Below, one piece after another: positions 48,701 to 62,104 of a DNA stretch of 64,000 bases. Both the position numbers and the translations under genes were made by a program. The DNA lies in NCBI RefSeq assembly GCF_026571515.1, contig NW_026854188.1, forward strand, positions 372,001-436,000, in the 5' to 3' direction. This DNA comes from Ruditapes philippinarum (Eukaryota). The notes beneath the pieces were generated by a model that did not search any database, was not told where the DNA came from, and was given only the letters and a program-made list of their open reading frames with translations. The first letter of the stretch is position 1, and the number at the start of each line of letters is the position of its first letter.

Positions 48701-51700
48701 ATAGCCGGGCGAGCAAAAGCAAAAAAATTTTCCTCGTGTAATTTGTTTGCTTAAATGCTTTGATAAATTGATTAAATACTTATAGAACAATTTTCATTTT
48801 GGTATACTTATAAAACACTTCTCCAGCAATAAATGTAAAAAGGATTTCCAAAGGTTTCATTTGTAGATATCGCTCTTTCTTTACCTATATTTTTCTTGCT
48901 GAGCGGTTGCTTGCCTTCGTATAAGCGTGTACAATTGTAGTATACACTTAGTAACAATATGGCGAATATATGTCTTTTAAATCTTATATCTTCTTTCAAA
49001 GTAATATCTATCACGCATTTACATTTTGCATTTTCTCTTCCTCTCGTATCAGTCCTTTTGTGATAGGTACTGTTCGAAAAATTATTGTTTACATATCATC
49101 ATTGTTTCTAATTTTGGTTTTGTTATGAATAGGATATATTTATTTCCAAAGGATATTACTTTTGTAAACGGATTCCATTCTCGTTGAAAGAAATGTGTAT
49201 TCAGCATGCAATAATTTCATGATTTTCCCTGTATTTATGACGCAAATAAACCCAGCATCATTTACTTAATCGCTAATTAGAATATGAAAAAAAGGTTTTT
49301 TCGGTAATTTATGACATAATCTGCAGAATATTGGCTTATAATTCCAACATAACCTAAAACGTTATATGTTATCATTCTAGCTATATTATTCTGCATATCC
49401 AATCAGCAACCTATAAAATATATATGTGATGTGTGGAGAGAAAACACTGATGAAACAACTCACAATTATTATAAATGAGCATTGTTATGACAAACCAACA
49501 TAATGGGTTTGCGACCAGCATGGATCCAGACCAGCCTGCGTATCCGCATAGTCTGATCAGGATCCATGCAGTTCGCTTACAAACCCTATTACAAGTAGAG
49601 AAACTGACAGCGAAGAGCATGGATCCTGATCAGACTGCGCGGATGCGCAGGCTGGTCTGGATCCATGCTGGTCGCAAACACATTATGTTGGTTTTGTTAT
49701 GGCACGACCCAAATTAAATTTCATACATACCTTACAGACTGCGGCTTGGTAAGCTTCTTTGGTTTTAAAGAAGACTGTGCAGTAGCACAAGATACATCCG
49801 AACAATAAAATATTGTTGATGTTTGGAGATGACATCTTTATGAACCTGTGGTATAAATTAATTAATTCTAACATCAGTGGTTTCCATACAACTTTCAAAT
49901 ACAAAATGAACATATTTGTATCAACATATTATTACGACTAAACAAATTATATACAATCTTCAACTCATTTATCTGAAAATATTATTAATAAATGAAATTT
50001 ATTTAATTTGAAACTAAATCAATGATAAAAATAAACATATTGTTTTGAGATAGAAAATGGTAATTTGGTTAAGAAGACTGCAAGCCAATAATTCTAAACA
50101 GGGACAAAATTTATTATATTTTACCTATCGAAACAATTAAATTTTATAAAGAACGTTTTATGAAATGTATTGTTTTTATCAAGTTTTAACATTGATTTTC
50201 TGCCAAAGTGTAAAGCTTGCAAAGAAAAATATTGCCATAATCGTATCACTGTTGATGCCCCTAGGGATAAGACTATATTTTAAAAAGCTTTATGTTACTC
50301 AAAAGTTGATTAACATTGCGGCAATTTACCTTTATGAAATAACGAATTCAACATAGTTTCGTTTCCAAATGCTATCATAGGAATTATAATGGGTTTCTGA
50401 CCGAACCCACAAATTCATTATTGCTCTTATACTTAAGGGAAACAACACCATGTTGTAACTATACTGAAAGAGTGAGATTTTACAAAGGCCATCGATAGAG
50501 AACACGAATGACATTACATTAAGCTTTCACGATTTTAATGATAAAAATCTTGCTTACTTGTTGTTTCTGTAAAATACGTTGAAACTAAAGAATACGAGAG
50601 TAAGACAGACGCCGAATCCTGCCAGTGACGTCATCACTACCACAATGTATATTGGTATATATTGTTCTTCTTCTATAACGAGCGTCGAGTCTCTAGGTAC
50701 GATTCCATCTTAAATATATAAAGTTTTAATTTAAAATGTTTGCACATTGACTTCAACTATCAACTCTAAAAGTGCAAACATTGGGGTGACTGAAAACATT
50801 TCTGAAGAAACTGGTCGTGTCAATGGTGTGTTAACAGCAATTCAGCTCACGCAATTTTGTTTGGATATACTCGAGCAACAAGGGTCAATGTATTGGACAG
50901 TAATGGTTGTCTAAGCACCCAACAGTTAGTTTAAACAATTTTATTTCACTTTGTACATTATTAATATATACAGTAAGCATATACAATCACACTGATAGAT
51001 TTCGTGGATTGGAAAACAAGTCAAATGTGACTTATGAAAATTCCTTTCCACAAAATGGAGATTAGCGACCTAGTTATGAAAACCAAATCCGTCAAGGCCT
51101 TGCAGCATGTACTAACATTTAATTCAAAATGTTTTAGAGCTGGCTGATATTTAATTATACCTAGGTGAAATATTGCAAGTGATAATTTTCATTGAATGCG
51201 GAAATTCTTGCAAAAAGGGCCAGAACACCGCTAGAAATAATCATTCCAAAGACTGGAGACCCAAAAGATTTTGGAATAAGTAAATTTGAAAAATCTTCAT
51301 ATACATGTGTTGTTGCAATTATGAACTCCTGTTAGGGAGTTCGGTGACATAGAAAATACAAACAATAGACAATGACCCTAAGAGCTGGATACTTGAAACG
51401 TAGCAAATATAAAGCTTTTGCAATATTTTAAATTTCCTACTTTACACGGCAAGTTGTCTTAAATGATACTCAAGTATTTACTATGTAGAACGAATGTTTG
51501 ATGTATACGTGAATCGATGCAATTTTATAGTAGATTATTACAATTTACTATAACTTGACGATTATGAGCAGTGAATCGCGTACTGTTTTCATTTGAATTT
51601 TTGTTAAGTATTATGTGATTTATATGTTCGTTGACCAGGCTAATTTCTTTATATTTAGTTATATATTGTCATTATTGCATATATTGGGCACATGTCAGGT

Positions 51701-54700
51701 TAATAAAATATAACTTACTTACTTGACTGGTAGTTTACATCATTGAGCATAACTTTGAAGCAGATGAAAAACAGTAATACATATATCCAAAGATTACTAT
51801 CTTTTTGTAGCGAGGAAAATTGTATAGATTTGTATAGATAGTGTTACCGTTATTGTTAAGAAAGCTTACCAGAAATCCTTTCGAGCATGTTAAAAGAATA
51901 TTGTTCTTTTTAAGGACATTTGATAAAACTTTGCCTTGTCTTGAATAAACTTTTCGATAAGGTGCAAAAAAAGTGCATTGAAAGGCTGGCGTTAAAACTG
52001 CGCTCAAGTTTGGACTAATAGAATTGGACAAACGTAACAATAATTAAGTTTAGTCTTGTACAGATAGGTCGTTAAAACGTCTTAAAGCAGACGAATATAT
52101 CCAATAAGAGTAAGTAAAAAGACCCCTGATCAGAATCAGGAAAATCTCTTGTCTAGATTGAGATAAGTCACGCTTAAAATGTTAACACATTTCTGAACTA
52201 ATCGTTCGTTTATGTTATATAAATGCATCTTGAAACTACTTCTATTGCCTACATAATTAAACAATTTCAAATTAATGTATCGAAAAACATTTAAAGATAT
52301 AAGGTAGCAGTTTTAAAATGTCTATTTGAATATTGAACAATTATTTATATTTTACTGTATAGTTTTAAAACACGTATGTTTTGTGGTACTTTCATTATAA
52401 TTTACCTTTCCATACAAGCGCTCCATCAAACCAGTCAAAATAAGGTGGATTCCTATCTTGTCTGTACATAGCTACTACCTTCCGCTCTCCACCTTCAAAA
52501 TTTACATTAGCAGATATCACACCACTTAGATCAAAAAAGTAACAGACCATACCCTGTATTGAATTTGTATTTGTCACATTTTCTGGTTTTGAAATAGAGA
52601 TAACAACTACACAAATAAATGTTTTTTTTCTGTTGATACAAACACAGGAGTTATTTCATTCTATTTATATCCTTAATCTATTGTTGCATATGAAGATCTA
52701 GCATATTGCTCAAGATTTTGCATTGAAAAATCCAGATACGTACCTCAATCTTCTGAAATTGCACAATTTTGTGAAACTTCCCCTAAGTGTGGGACGTTTG
52801 TAACTCTATTACAAATTACTGTTTTAAATAATTTTGATATGGGAAATAAGAATGAAAACGCCAAAAATATTTCAACGTAGATAAATGAAGGATCTCATTA
52901 CCTTGAATTCGTTCAAGTTTGATAACTCTGTCAGGATCAACATCAGACGAAAGAACTATCCTTCCCGATAGGCCTGTCATGTTAGTTTTTGACATACAGT
53001 CTTTGATAAAGGCATTGATATCAGAATCATTGTATGTGAACATATCTAGAGATTTAGGATGTTCTGAAAACCAAATGGTTAAATATTGGATACACAAAAC
53101 ACACAAAAAATGTAAAAGACAAATAATGTTTTGTCATATCTGAAATGTATATATTTTTATAGACTGGTATAATATAAAAAGAATAACTTCTTTATTTTAT
53201 TTGAAAACGATAGCGTTAAAGATTGTTAGGTTTAACTGTATTTCGATAAAAAATAATGGAAAAAAAAAAGAATCGGATTGTTGATTTTTTTTATCTAGGA
53301 TTAGTTTAAATTAAAGGATTCAGTCCATATTTTCACTTACGAGCAAGAGAAATCACTTTGCATTAAAACATTTGAACTTCCCACATAGTTTGTTTGAGTA
53401 AAATTTGCTATTTTCATGTTTTGTTTTGTATAAAGTCGAATGAATGTTTGAATGTTGAATTGGGTATCTGTAATGAAATGAATATAAAGAGTTTTTACAG
53501 ATCGCTTCGTTAAAAGAAAACAACATCATATGGTATTGAGATGACGTAATTCTTTAACAAAATAAGAATTGTGAGCGTACTTTGTTTCGCTAAAGCAAAG
53601 CAGTAGATTTTTTCATAAGAAGAAATAGTTGTTAATAATATTATGCAAATAAACATTTAAGAGTGTACCTATGTTTGTCAAGATGGTATCTGTACAGTTT
53701 AACGCCAAGGCGGCAATCCAAACATGGTCATAGCATTGTGGTGCAGCAAAGTCCGTGCCTTTGTACTTTTTGTTGTAGCTTCGGTGATTATAGAAACGTG
53801 TTTCGAATTCACTGACTGAGATGCAAATGTATAGCATAGTATTATTACAAAATTTTAAGTAAATCGCCATATTTCAAAAAGAATAATATAAAATAACTAG
53901 GACTTGTTGCATTTTTTGATCAGTAGTCTTTATAATTCAGTATTTTTCATATTACGTGCAAGAAAAGTTTTCATTAAAATTTTAATTGCAATTTGCCGTT
54001 CTAATAGTCATTTCTTGAAAAAATTCTAACTAATTTACAGTGTTTTGTTTTGTATTTAAATCGAAGGCATTTGAATTATGAACTTGGTTTATAATGAAAT
54101 AACAAAAGAGTTGTTCAAAAATCACTTTTAAAAAAAATACATATTATGAGATGAGCTAAATAAACAAAATAAGAATGGAATATTATGCTTTCCTAAAGAT
54201 ACTGATTTTTCAAAAAAAATGTATTTTAATAATTGTAACAAATAAACATGTAAGATTGTTATCTAAATTTTTAAATAATGTTTTTTTTACAAAATAAAGA
54301 TTAATTCTAGTAGAATCTTTTTATCACAACTATTCATTAATATGTCAAGTTTAAAAATATTGGGATGAATGTTAAACCTGGGAAGAAGAGATTTACGTCT
54401 TATGTCATTAAAGTACGAACATTCAAATAAGTAGTGAAATTCATCATCAATAGCTTGATACGGACAAAAGGAACAGACCCTATTATTATGATCAATTGCC
54501 AAATGTCTGCATTTTTTCAATTGGTAATAGGTGATTCATTGTTCTGAATTTAAATAAATGTTTGCCTATGTCAAAAGGAAGTACATCAAGATATTTTTCA
54601 AAACAATGAGTATTTTTATATGTACGATACACTAAACACTTAGAGGATGTATCAATAGCACTATGTCAATTTTGCAAAAATTGATCTTGTAGTCTTAGCT

Positions 54701-57700
54701 TCACAATATTTTTAAAATGATTAATATTATCTAACTTCTGTAAAGGAAAATATTCTGACATGCCAAGATAACTAAGTGTTTCTTTCACAAAATTTATCCA
54801 TTTAGAATTACAGCAAAAAATGAGAATAATGTCATGAAAGCAGGTGATAGAAAGAAGCTTGCAGGCTCAATCAAACATAGTCTGTAATATGTTTTTATCC
54901 ATTTTGTGCTTTTTTGTGCGACCGGTTTTTTGTTTTAAATACTTTTATCCCATCTTTGTAACAATCATTTACTAATTAAGATATAGTGTATCGGTTTTGA
55001 AAACATTCAGGAAAACGTAATTTATATTACCATACACAATAAGTATAATTACAGTTAGCGCAACTTTAGCACAAATACCTGTCAAGTCAGCTACACCTCT
55101 CTCTTCAAATGGATTTTTAAATATAGGCCCAGTCAGAAACGCGCCTTCTGCTGCCTCCTCCATTTCTTCTACTGTACATTCTACGTCATCAAGTTTCACT
55201 CTCCAGAAAGTGGTGGAAAACCAGCCAGCAAACACCCAAACAATTTTGGGACCGTAAAGACCAATTCTATAGGCCTAACCACATAATCTTTTTACTTTTT
55301 AACATATCATTTGGAAGCACAGCGCATTACTTTCAAATCATAATCGGATATTTATAATCTTAAGAAAAAATCAATTGGTGTTTCTGGGGATAGAAATGAA
55401 CGTTTACTGAGCAACAAACATTTACAGATCCTGTAACTCAATCTTTTTTATGGTTTTATATCATAAATATGATGCTCAAATGAAGATTTATCAATATTAC
55501 CGAATTTACATTTCATGCTTATAAAGGGGCCCCTTTATAATAAATAAATTGGAAATTTATTTTCTGTAAAGTCTGAGTAAAATTTTCCAATAAGAAATGT
55601 ATATATATATTTTAATAATTACATAATGTGGAGAAATATTTGCAGTACATATTTTACATATTCTTCGATGTTTGAAAATTATTTTAGAAGCATAATTATA
55701 GACATACATGTATATAAAATTTCACTTAACTGTGGTTACAACCAGAATTACAACATACAGGATCTTTAAACTTATTGTATGAAGTACAATTTTAGTCCGA
55801 CAATTTTGTACAACAAAATAATTTATTGCGTAAAACTAAAACTTTTAAAAAATGTAACCGTGATAAAATGCGTTACTTGACTCAGCTAATAAAATGTTCT
55901 AATTATTCTATTAAGCTTAATGGTTTGTTTCGTATTTAAGCGGAGAAAATCAAATTTGACATTCTCTTTTGTCAAATTTGCTCTGAGCAATCAAAATATC
56001 ATTTATTGTTCACAAGAAATAACTTTTATGTCAAGGATTATGTGTCAGCAGTATAATTCATCATCATAAATACATGTTACAGTAAAATTGTGTTACAGTA
56101 AAATTGTGTTACAGTAAAATTGTATTTGTTAAAAGATAATATATTAATATGACTCACTGCACACAGAATCGCCCTTGCTTCGTCTTCATGCAGACTGGTC
56201 ATTATTACTCTGGCGTCATGCATCTTGTTGAATCATAAAAAATAAAATATTTGCAGTATCATTTAACATTGTTCAGAAGATAAGGTAAAGATTATATATA
56301 TGAAAAAGAACTGATAAACATTTATGAATATATCAAATTTAAATATTTTATTTTAAATTTGTCATCTTAAATAATTGTCATCTTAAATAACCAAGGCATT
56401 CCGTATGATTATTTAGTCAATATATTTAAGTCTTTTAAGTATTTAAATGGGCTCTGTTCCACTATTTCTATCTTGATCAAGTAAAAAAAAAATATGAACT
56501 TCGGTGATCCAATCGATTTAGTCGCTGCATAGATAATTATATTGCGATCTTGAAATTTCTGATAACATAAGTTTTAAATAACCGGGTTTTTGTAATTAAA
56601 TTATGATCTCTGAATTCTTATTTAAGTAACATAAAATACTCATAGAATCAGTAAAACTCAGTATAAGAATCAAAATAAAATTGGAAATACTTAACCTTCA
56701 GGTTGTTAATACGGTTAAGAGGATCGTTAACAAATATTTCCTGTGACAATATTGAGATGTCTGTCTCTTGTATTCGTTGCACAAAATCGTCTATAACCTG
56801 AACGATAATAATTATATTCCACAAAATAAAACAAATGTTTAACAAACAATAAAACCCTAGAACTAAAACGTAACATGTATTAAGACTATGGTTGAATATT
56901 TCTGCCACCAGATAACCATTTAACTAACTAGTTAATTAAGAGGTTAACTAGTTACGTAACTAGTTAACCTCTTCATTAACTAGTTAGTTATCAGGTTATC
57001 TTGTGGCAGAAATATGCCACCATATAAGACAACATATTTTTTTTGTAATTTTATGTTAAAATTTCTTTATAATTTGTAGGATCATTTCTTTATAAAATTA
57101 CCAAATGTGAAAAAAACGAAAGCTTATTGTAAATGCTTAAATCTCATACCGTTTTCAATATTTTTTCATACAAAAATTCGAACTTTTACCTGATAAAGGA
57201 AAAATTAAAACTTTTTAAAATAAAATTAATTCGTGTTTTAAGGTAATATTTAAGACCCTTAACTCTACTTTCTTATTTACCACAGAGAAGAACTCTAATG
57301 CTTGATGTATAGTTGCCACTTTTTTCCACTTGAATTCGTTCAGGAGGGCAATTCTGGCCTGATTCATCTTCTGATCAGGTTCGACAATCCGGTAAAAATT
57401 GGGAAATCGTTTTCTGTCCGAAAGGATTGGGGAGGAAGAGCCATAAGAAAACTGAAATATAGAATATTTTATCTTTTTAGTAACTTCCTTTCAAGCGTCA
57501 AAATTAAACATGACACTGAGGAAACTTATCAAATTTGACTGTTAAGTAACTTCCCTTTCAGTACAACATTACCATTGTTCTCTTTCCGCGTCAAAATTAC
57601 GCACAAGACGACTTTGAGAACCTCAAACTATCTTGTCGAACAGTGTCTAAATTGACTGTGTCTGGATCCATGCTTGTCGCAAACGCACTATGTTGTTTTT

Positions 57701-58537
57701 GTCGTGCTGCTCAAATGAGAAGAGACTTTTTTGACAACACAGATTGTTTGTTATATACCTGGGTAAGGTTCCAAAGATGAGAAACTTGGGCTGTTGCTTC
57801 AGATCCCACTGAGCAACCGTCTCCCAACAGCATTACATAAGGTGGGTCTTTATAGAAGGCTTCAAACATCCGGAACACCGGTATTCCAAATGTGCACTAG
57901 AAAAAAAATAATGTAATCAATAAAAAATAATATCTTTGTCCAAAAGATGTGTGTGTGTGTGTGAAATTTTATGCAAAAGGTAAGTTTGTTACTCAATTTG
58001 TTCAGATATGTCATGAGATTTACGATAACAAATTGTTTGTCTTGAGTATTGAGTTAATGATATTTATGATAAGATGAAGTTTCAAGTACATGTATTTTTA
58101 AACGTTTTAAAATATGTAAAATCAATAAAATTTCAAAAGTGATTTTTTTTTCTTTTCTTTTTTTTCTTTGGTTACAGTAAAAGATTCAAATGTTATTTTC
58201 CCCAAATTCACCATTTTTGAAAGTGTCATATGTATAGATTTGAAAGAATAGTGAAAAGGTGTCACTGTTGAAGAAAGCAAAGCTTCTAGTAAATCTAAAA
58301 ACCACATACCTGACTGTCAATCCACTTGTAAGTTAGATTGTACTCTGTTAGTATGTCCATTCTGGAGTTGATATCCTCAAGTGCCATCTGTATTGCTGGC
58401 AAACACGATCCTCCGCCTGCCCAACCATTGCCAGTCATAGGTAACATACCTAGCAGACGCAGATCCCGTAATTCTTTCGAAACAGAATATGAAAACGTTG
58501 TAGTCATAAATAATAAAACATTCAGTTTCTGTGCCAT
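45787..58537 (-). CDS. GABA-B receptor-like class C GPCR (Venus flytrap + 7TM), 16 coding exons, ~747 aa
   Basis: Exons (-): 58537-58310 (alternative ATG at 58573), 57896-57759, 57451-57281, 56797-56696, 56223-56158, 55274-55079, 53815-53669, 53063-52902, 52492-52406, 50708-50558, 49845-49731, 48361-48254, 47758-47636, 47135-46989, 46703-46515, 45900-45787. All introns are GT-AG and phase-compatible (2244 nt). Motifs: GWAGGGSCLPAIQMALEDIN, LLGDGCS, SYGSSSPILSDRKRFPNFYR, FIKMSSPNINN, FGALFSKTWRVYRIF, FLAWETRKVKIEALNDS, IFLPK. There is no cysteine-rich domain between VFT and TM1, as expected for the GABA-B type. Confidence 0.92.
49477..49710. mobile_element. Same palindromic MITE family, in a receptor-gene intron
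   Basis: Near-identical to 9755-9989. AAAT flanks at 49473-76 and 49711-14. Confidence 0.88.
54287..54810 (-). mobile_element. Degenerate LINE ORF2 C-terminal fragment in a receptor-gene intron
   Basis: KWINFVKETLSYLGMS...KLRLQDQFLQN*...SSKCLVYRTYK...FEKYLDVL...FRTMNHLLPIE...RVCSFCPYQAIDDEFHYLFECSYFNDIR, with a stop and a frameshift. Confidence 0.78.
56887..57024. repeat. 138-bp near-perfect palindrome (fold-back element) in a receptor-gene intron
   Basis: Centre AACTAGTTAC|GTAACTAGTT at 56955/56956. Arms are TATGG..ATATTTCTGCCAC.AGATAACC..TAACTAACTAGTTAAT.AAGAGGTT and its reverse complement. Confidence 0.9.
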
Positions 58538-61500
58538 TCTAAACGTGTAACGGTTGCAAGAAGACGTATTCATCCGTATTTAGTAAACCTCTAAGCTATA
58601 ATTTGCTTTTTTAAGACTCTGGGCCTTTCGTTCGTAACAAGACGTAAATTTTACATCGAAATATCTTCCGGTTTGTTCCAGAATTTAGATACAAGTATCT
58701 CTTCCCTAGTTGGAAACAAAACCCAATTAACAACTTATAACGCAGCAATTTCATTATAAATATATGTCTATATAAGTGGTATCAAGAAAAGATCAAACGT
58801 TTCCTAAACTAGGTAATTAGCCAGGTTAGATATGTACCCTTTCATTTTGTCATCAGTCATCCTCGTGATATTTGCAATCAGTCATCATTTGTCACCATCA
58901 TGTCAACTATTTTACATACAACAAATTAGATTTAATAGGATTGGAACCAGATAAACTACCAACAAGTATATGAAATGAATGTCTTAAAGTGGTTTCAAAG
59001 CTTATGGAATATTTTACATTAAATTGGAATCAGATTTACACTGAATTGTTTCTATTTTTATTTAATTATTGATATAGTTCGTGGTTTGAATTAACGTTAC
59101 TTGTGTAACAAATTCATAAAAAAAAGCTGAACAAGCGTTTTCGAAATACAAACAATTTATCAATTCACTGTCTTATTGATGGTTTATTTACTTATTAATG
59201 TAAAGTATTAAATTTTCTAGTTTCTGCGATTTTGCGTATCACATTAGTGCCGGTGCTTTGTTGTTTATGTGAGGTCAATACGTTTGTCTATGCTTCAGGT
59301 AACAAAAGCTTTTGAAACGCAGACATCTAGTTACAAAAATGTATCATATTCTTTCTCTATCGAAGTTAGCGTTATATACCCCAGGTAAACTAGTATATTC
59401 CCACTCTAAAAATTTAGTGAACTATAACATTAACAATGAACGCACTTGAACAGCAAGATATTTTGGGGTCACAATATTTTTGTTATATTAAATATGTAAT
59501 GCTACAGTATAGAGATATTTTTTGAGTCACTAGATTATAAATCATCTAAAATGAAACTTTGAAATCAATACAGGGTCAGAACTTTGGAATTTGCAGGAAG
59601 TTACTTATGACTTTAAATGATATAATATTTTTTTCTACTCTACGTCATCAAATTATGTAACACTTTACATAAAAGATTTCGAACCTGACAATAACCAACA
59701 GATCAATATTAATATAATAGAAGGATTGCAGATCTATATCAACCTACACTTTTTAAATTTATAACTTTATTTCAAAAGATAATTTAGTTTACTGCTTTTT
59801 AAGAAAGAAAATGAGTTTTTCAACTTCATCGACTATTAGCTTAGGTAATGTCAATCAATGAACACGTCACACGTGTTATTGTGCAATTATTCTGCTGACG
59901 GTGTTGATCAGATTAATTGCAATACTGTACCAAAATAACACAGTTTTCATTTTTTTGAAGTGATGTACAAATGAGTACAAATGAGTAAAAACAAATGTTG
60001 CCATGGTAACTTACAAATGTAATAACTAACTTATCAATGCGCATGATCTGAAAGTTGAAAGGTCCTCAACGTAAATGGGCAATCTATCGGCTTTATTTTA
60101 ATGAGGTTAGTTTTTTAGTAGTGTAACTTAGTTTATGGATAGCTTTTGTAAAATACGCCAATAATTAGACTTATTTAGTATCATCAGATCCTATAGTAAT
60201 AGACAATGACAAATGAAAAATACCATATCGACAAATTTTCCAACATAAAGACAGTTACATTGGTATCTTTCTTAATTAGTCTTTGACTGATAACTTTGGA
60301 GTAAAACACAATGATAAGTGTGATTTGATCCTAATTAAATATAATTAATTTTGCCAACATCTATGTTAGGAAACTTGAACAAAATACAGAGCAAAATTAT
60401 TTTTACACTTATTTTTATTTCTAGACGGGAGCTGACATTTTACTAAAGATAGAAAAATGTAAGGCAAGAAAGCCATCCTTAGAAATAAATATATCTACTT
60501 TATATTTCTGAAGAGTCAGTGTAATAATACAGTTGTCCATATATACAACACAGTGACCTTGCAAAGCCTTTGAATGTAAACTTTTAGAATAAAAGTTGTG
60601 ACATGATAAACCATTAAAACATATAGATTGGAGGATTCCTTTAGACCAAAGAAAACAGACCATATATATTATATCATAATCACTTTGACCTGAGTATTTT
60701 AGCTGTAAATATTTGTAGGTCTTACAAAAGGAGTCAATTACACCATGTGACCTTTAAGTTAACACCCCCCCCCCCCCCCAAAAAAAAAAAATAAAGGAGA
60801 AAAAAAATTTATAACAATGTATATTGATCTAATATATTCATCTACCTTGTCTAAGGCCCGTAGTCAGAAACAATACTTAAACTTAATCTCGACTAAAACT
60901 CACGAAAAGTCACCTCAAGTAACGCTGGAGTAGACTTACAGTAACTCACCATGCGCAATGGAAAAAGTTGTTAAAAGAATTAATTATTACAAATCTTGAT
61001 GTAAAAGAAAACAAAACGAAAATAATTTTAATCTATGTTCTATAAGTAAAAATAAAAGCGTGATGGAAAATCTAAAAATAATTAAATAGTTTGCAAGTAG
61101 TAAATGCCAGGATAGCAAAATTATGTTGGAAAACCTCAAAGACAGGACGAAAAAAGGAAGGTAAAGAAGGTAATGGAAGGGTTTCCGACAGGAATTTAGA
61201 ACAAAAAAAAATTACAGTTCAATAGTGTAAACCTTATTTTGAAATTAGCACCCAATTTTTATGTCAATGAAAAAATTTCAATACACAATAATGTTTTCTT
61301 TTCTTAATCATCTTATGAACATTTTAAAGGCCCAATATTCCTCAGAAATTCTAACATTTTTATTTCTTAATTTATTTCAATTCTTGGTATCTTGTAGCAT
61401 TTTTGAACTATCCTCTTTGCAAAGGGTCTAATCACAGATAAATGTTATAGAATCAAAAATCCAGGACATTGAAAATAGCCGAGCCTTTGACAGCAGTTTA

Positions 61501-61539
61501 ATGGACAGTATAAACAAAAGGCAGAATCAGCACGACAAG

Positions 61540-61830
61540 ATGATACAGTCTATGACAAGGAATGCACATATACAAAAGAGCTCAGAAGATGACATGAAGG
61601 CTGAAATTATAGACTATAATATAGAAGTACGAGGGATCATTTGATATTCTATAAAACATTGAGGACTTAGAAGATAAGCTGGAAATTGAGAACACAAAAT
61701 CAAACATTAAACTACATAGAGCTCATAGAATAGGATAATATATCCAACAGAGACTAAGACAAATAGTTGCAAAGTTTGCGCATTATCCAGATAGGCTGAG
61801 GATAAGAAAATCATTTAAAACAGTTAAACG
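61540..61830 (+). pseudogene. Degenerate LINE ORF1-like fragment
   Basis: Reads IKLHRAHRIG*...IVAKFAHYPDRLRIRKS, resembling the R.HR.G...RPI.AKF motif of non-LTR ORF1 RRM regions. Contains stops. Confidence 0.6.
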
Positions 61831-62104
61831 ACACACCGAAAAAAAATACCAATACACAATTATCATGTTTTCTCTTTTTAATCATCTTATGAGATTTTTA
61901 AAGCCCATTATGCCTCAGATATCATTTTCATTTCTCAGATTTTTCAATTCTTGGTGTCTTGTTACAGTTCTGAAGTTCTATACTATCTTTTTTTGCAATG
62001 TGTATAATCATAGTGCATTATCATTTTGTATGGAAGTCAAAATACTTAAGTGTTTACATTTTTCTACCTTCTTTTTTAAAAATTAAAAAAGAATGCGATT
62101 ATAC

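Noticed and set aside
45787-58573. Assigning the symbol GABBR1 or GABBR2
   Set aside because: Pocket substitutions and the missing coiled-coil tail argue against one-to-one orthology. A phylogeny is needed.
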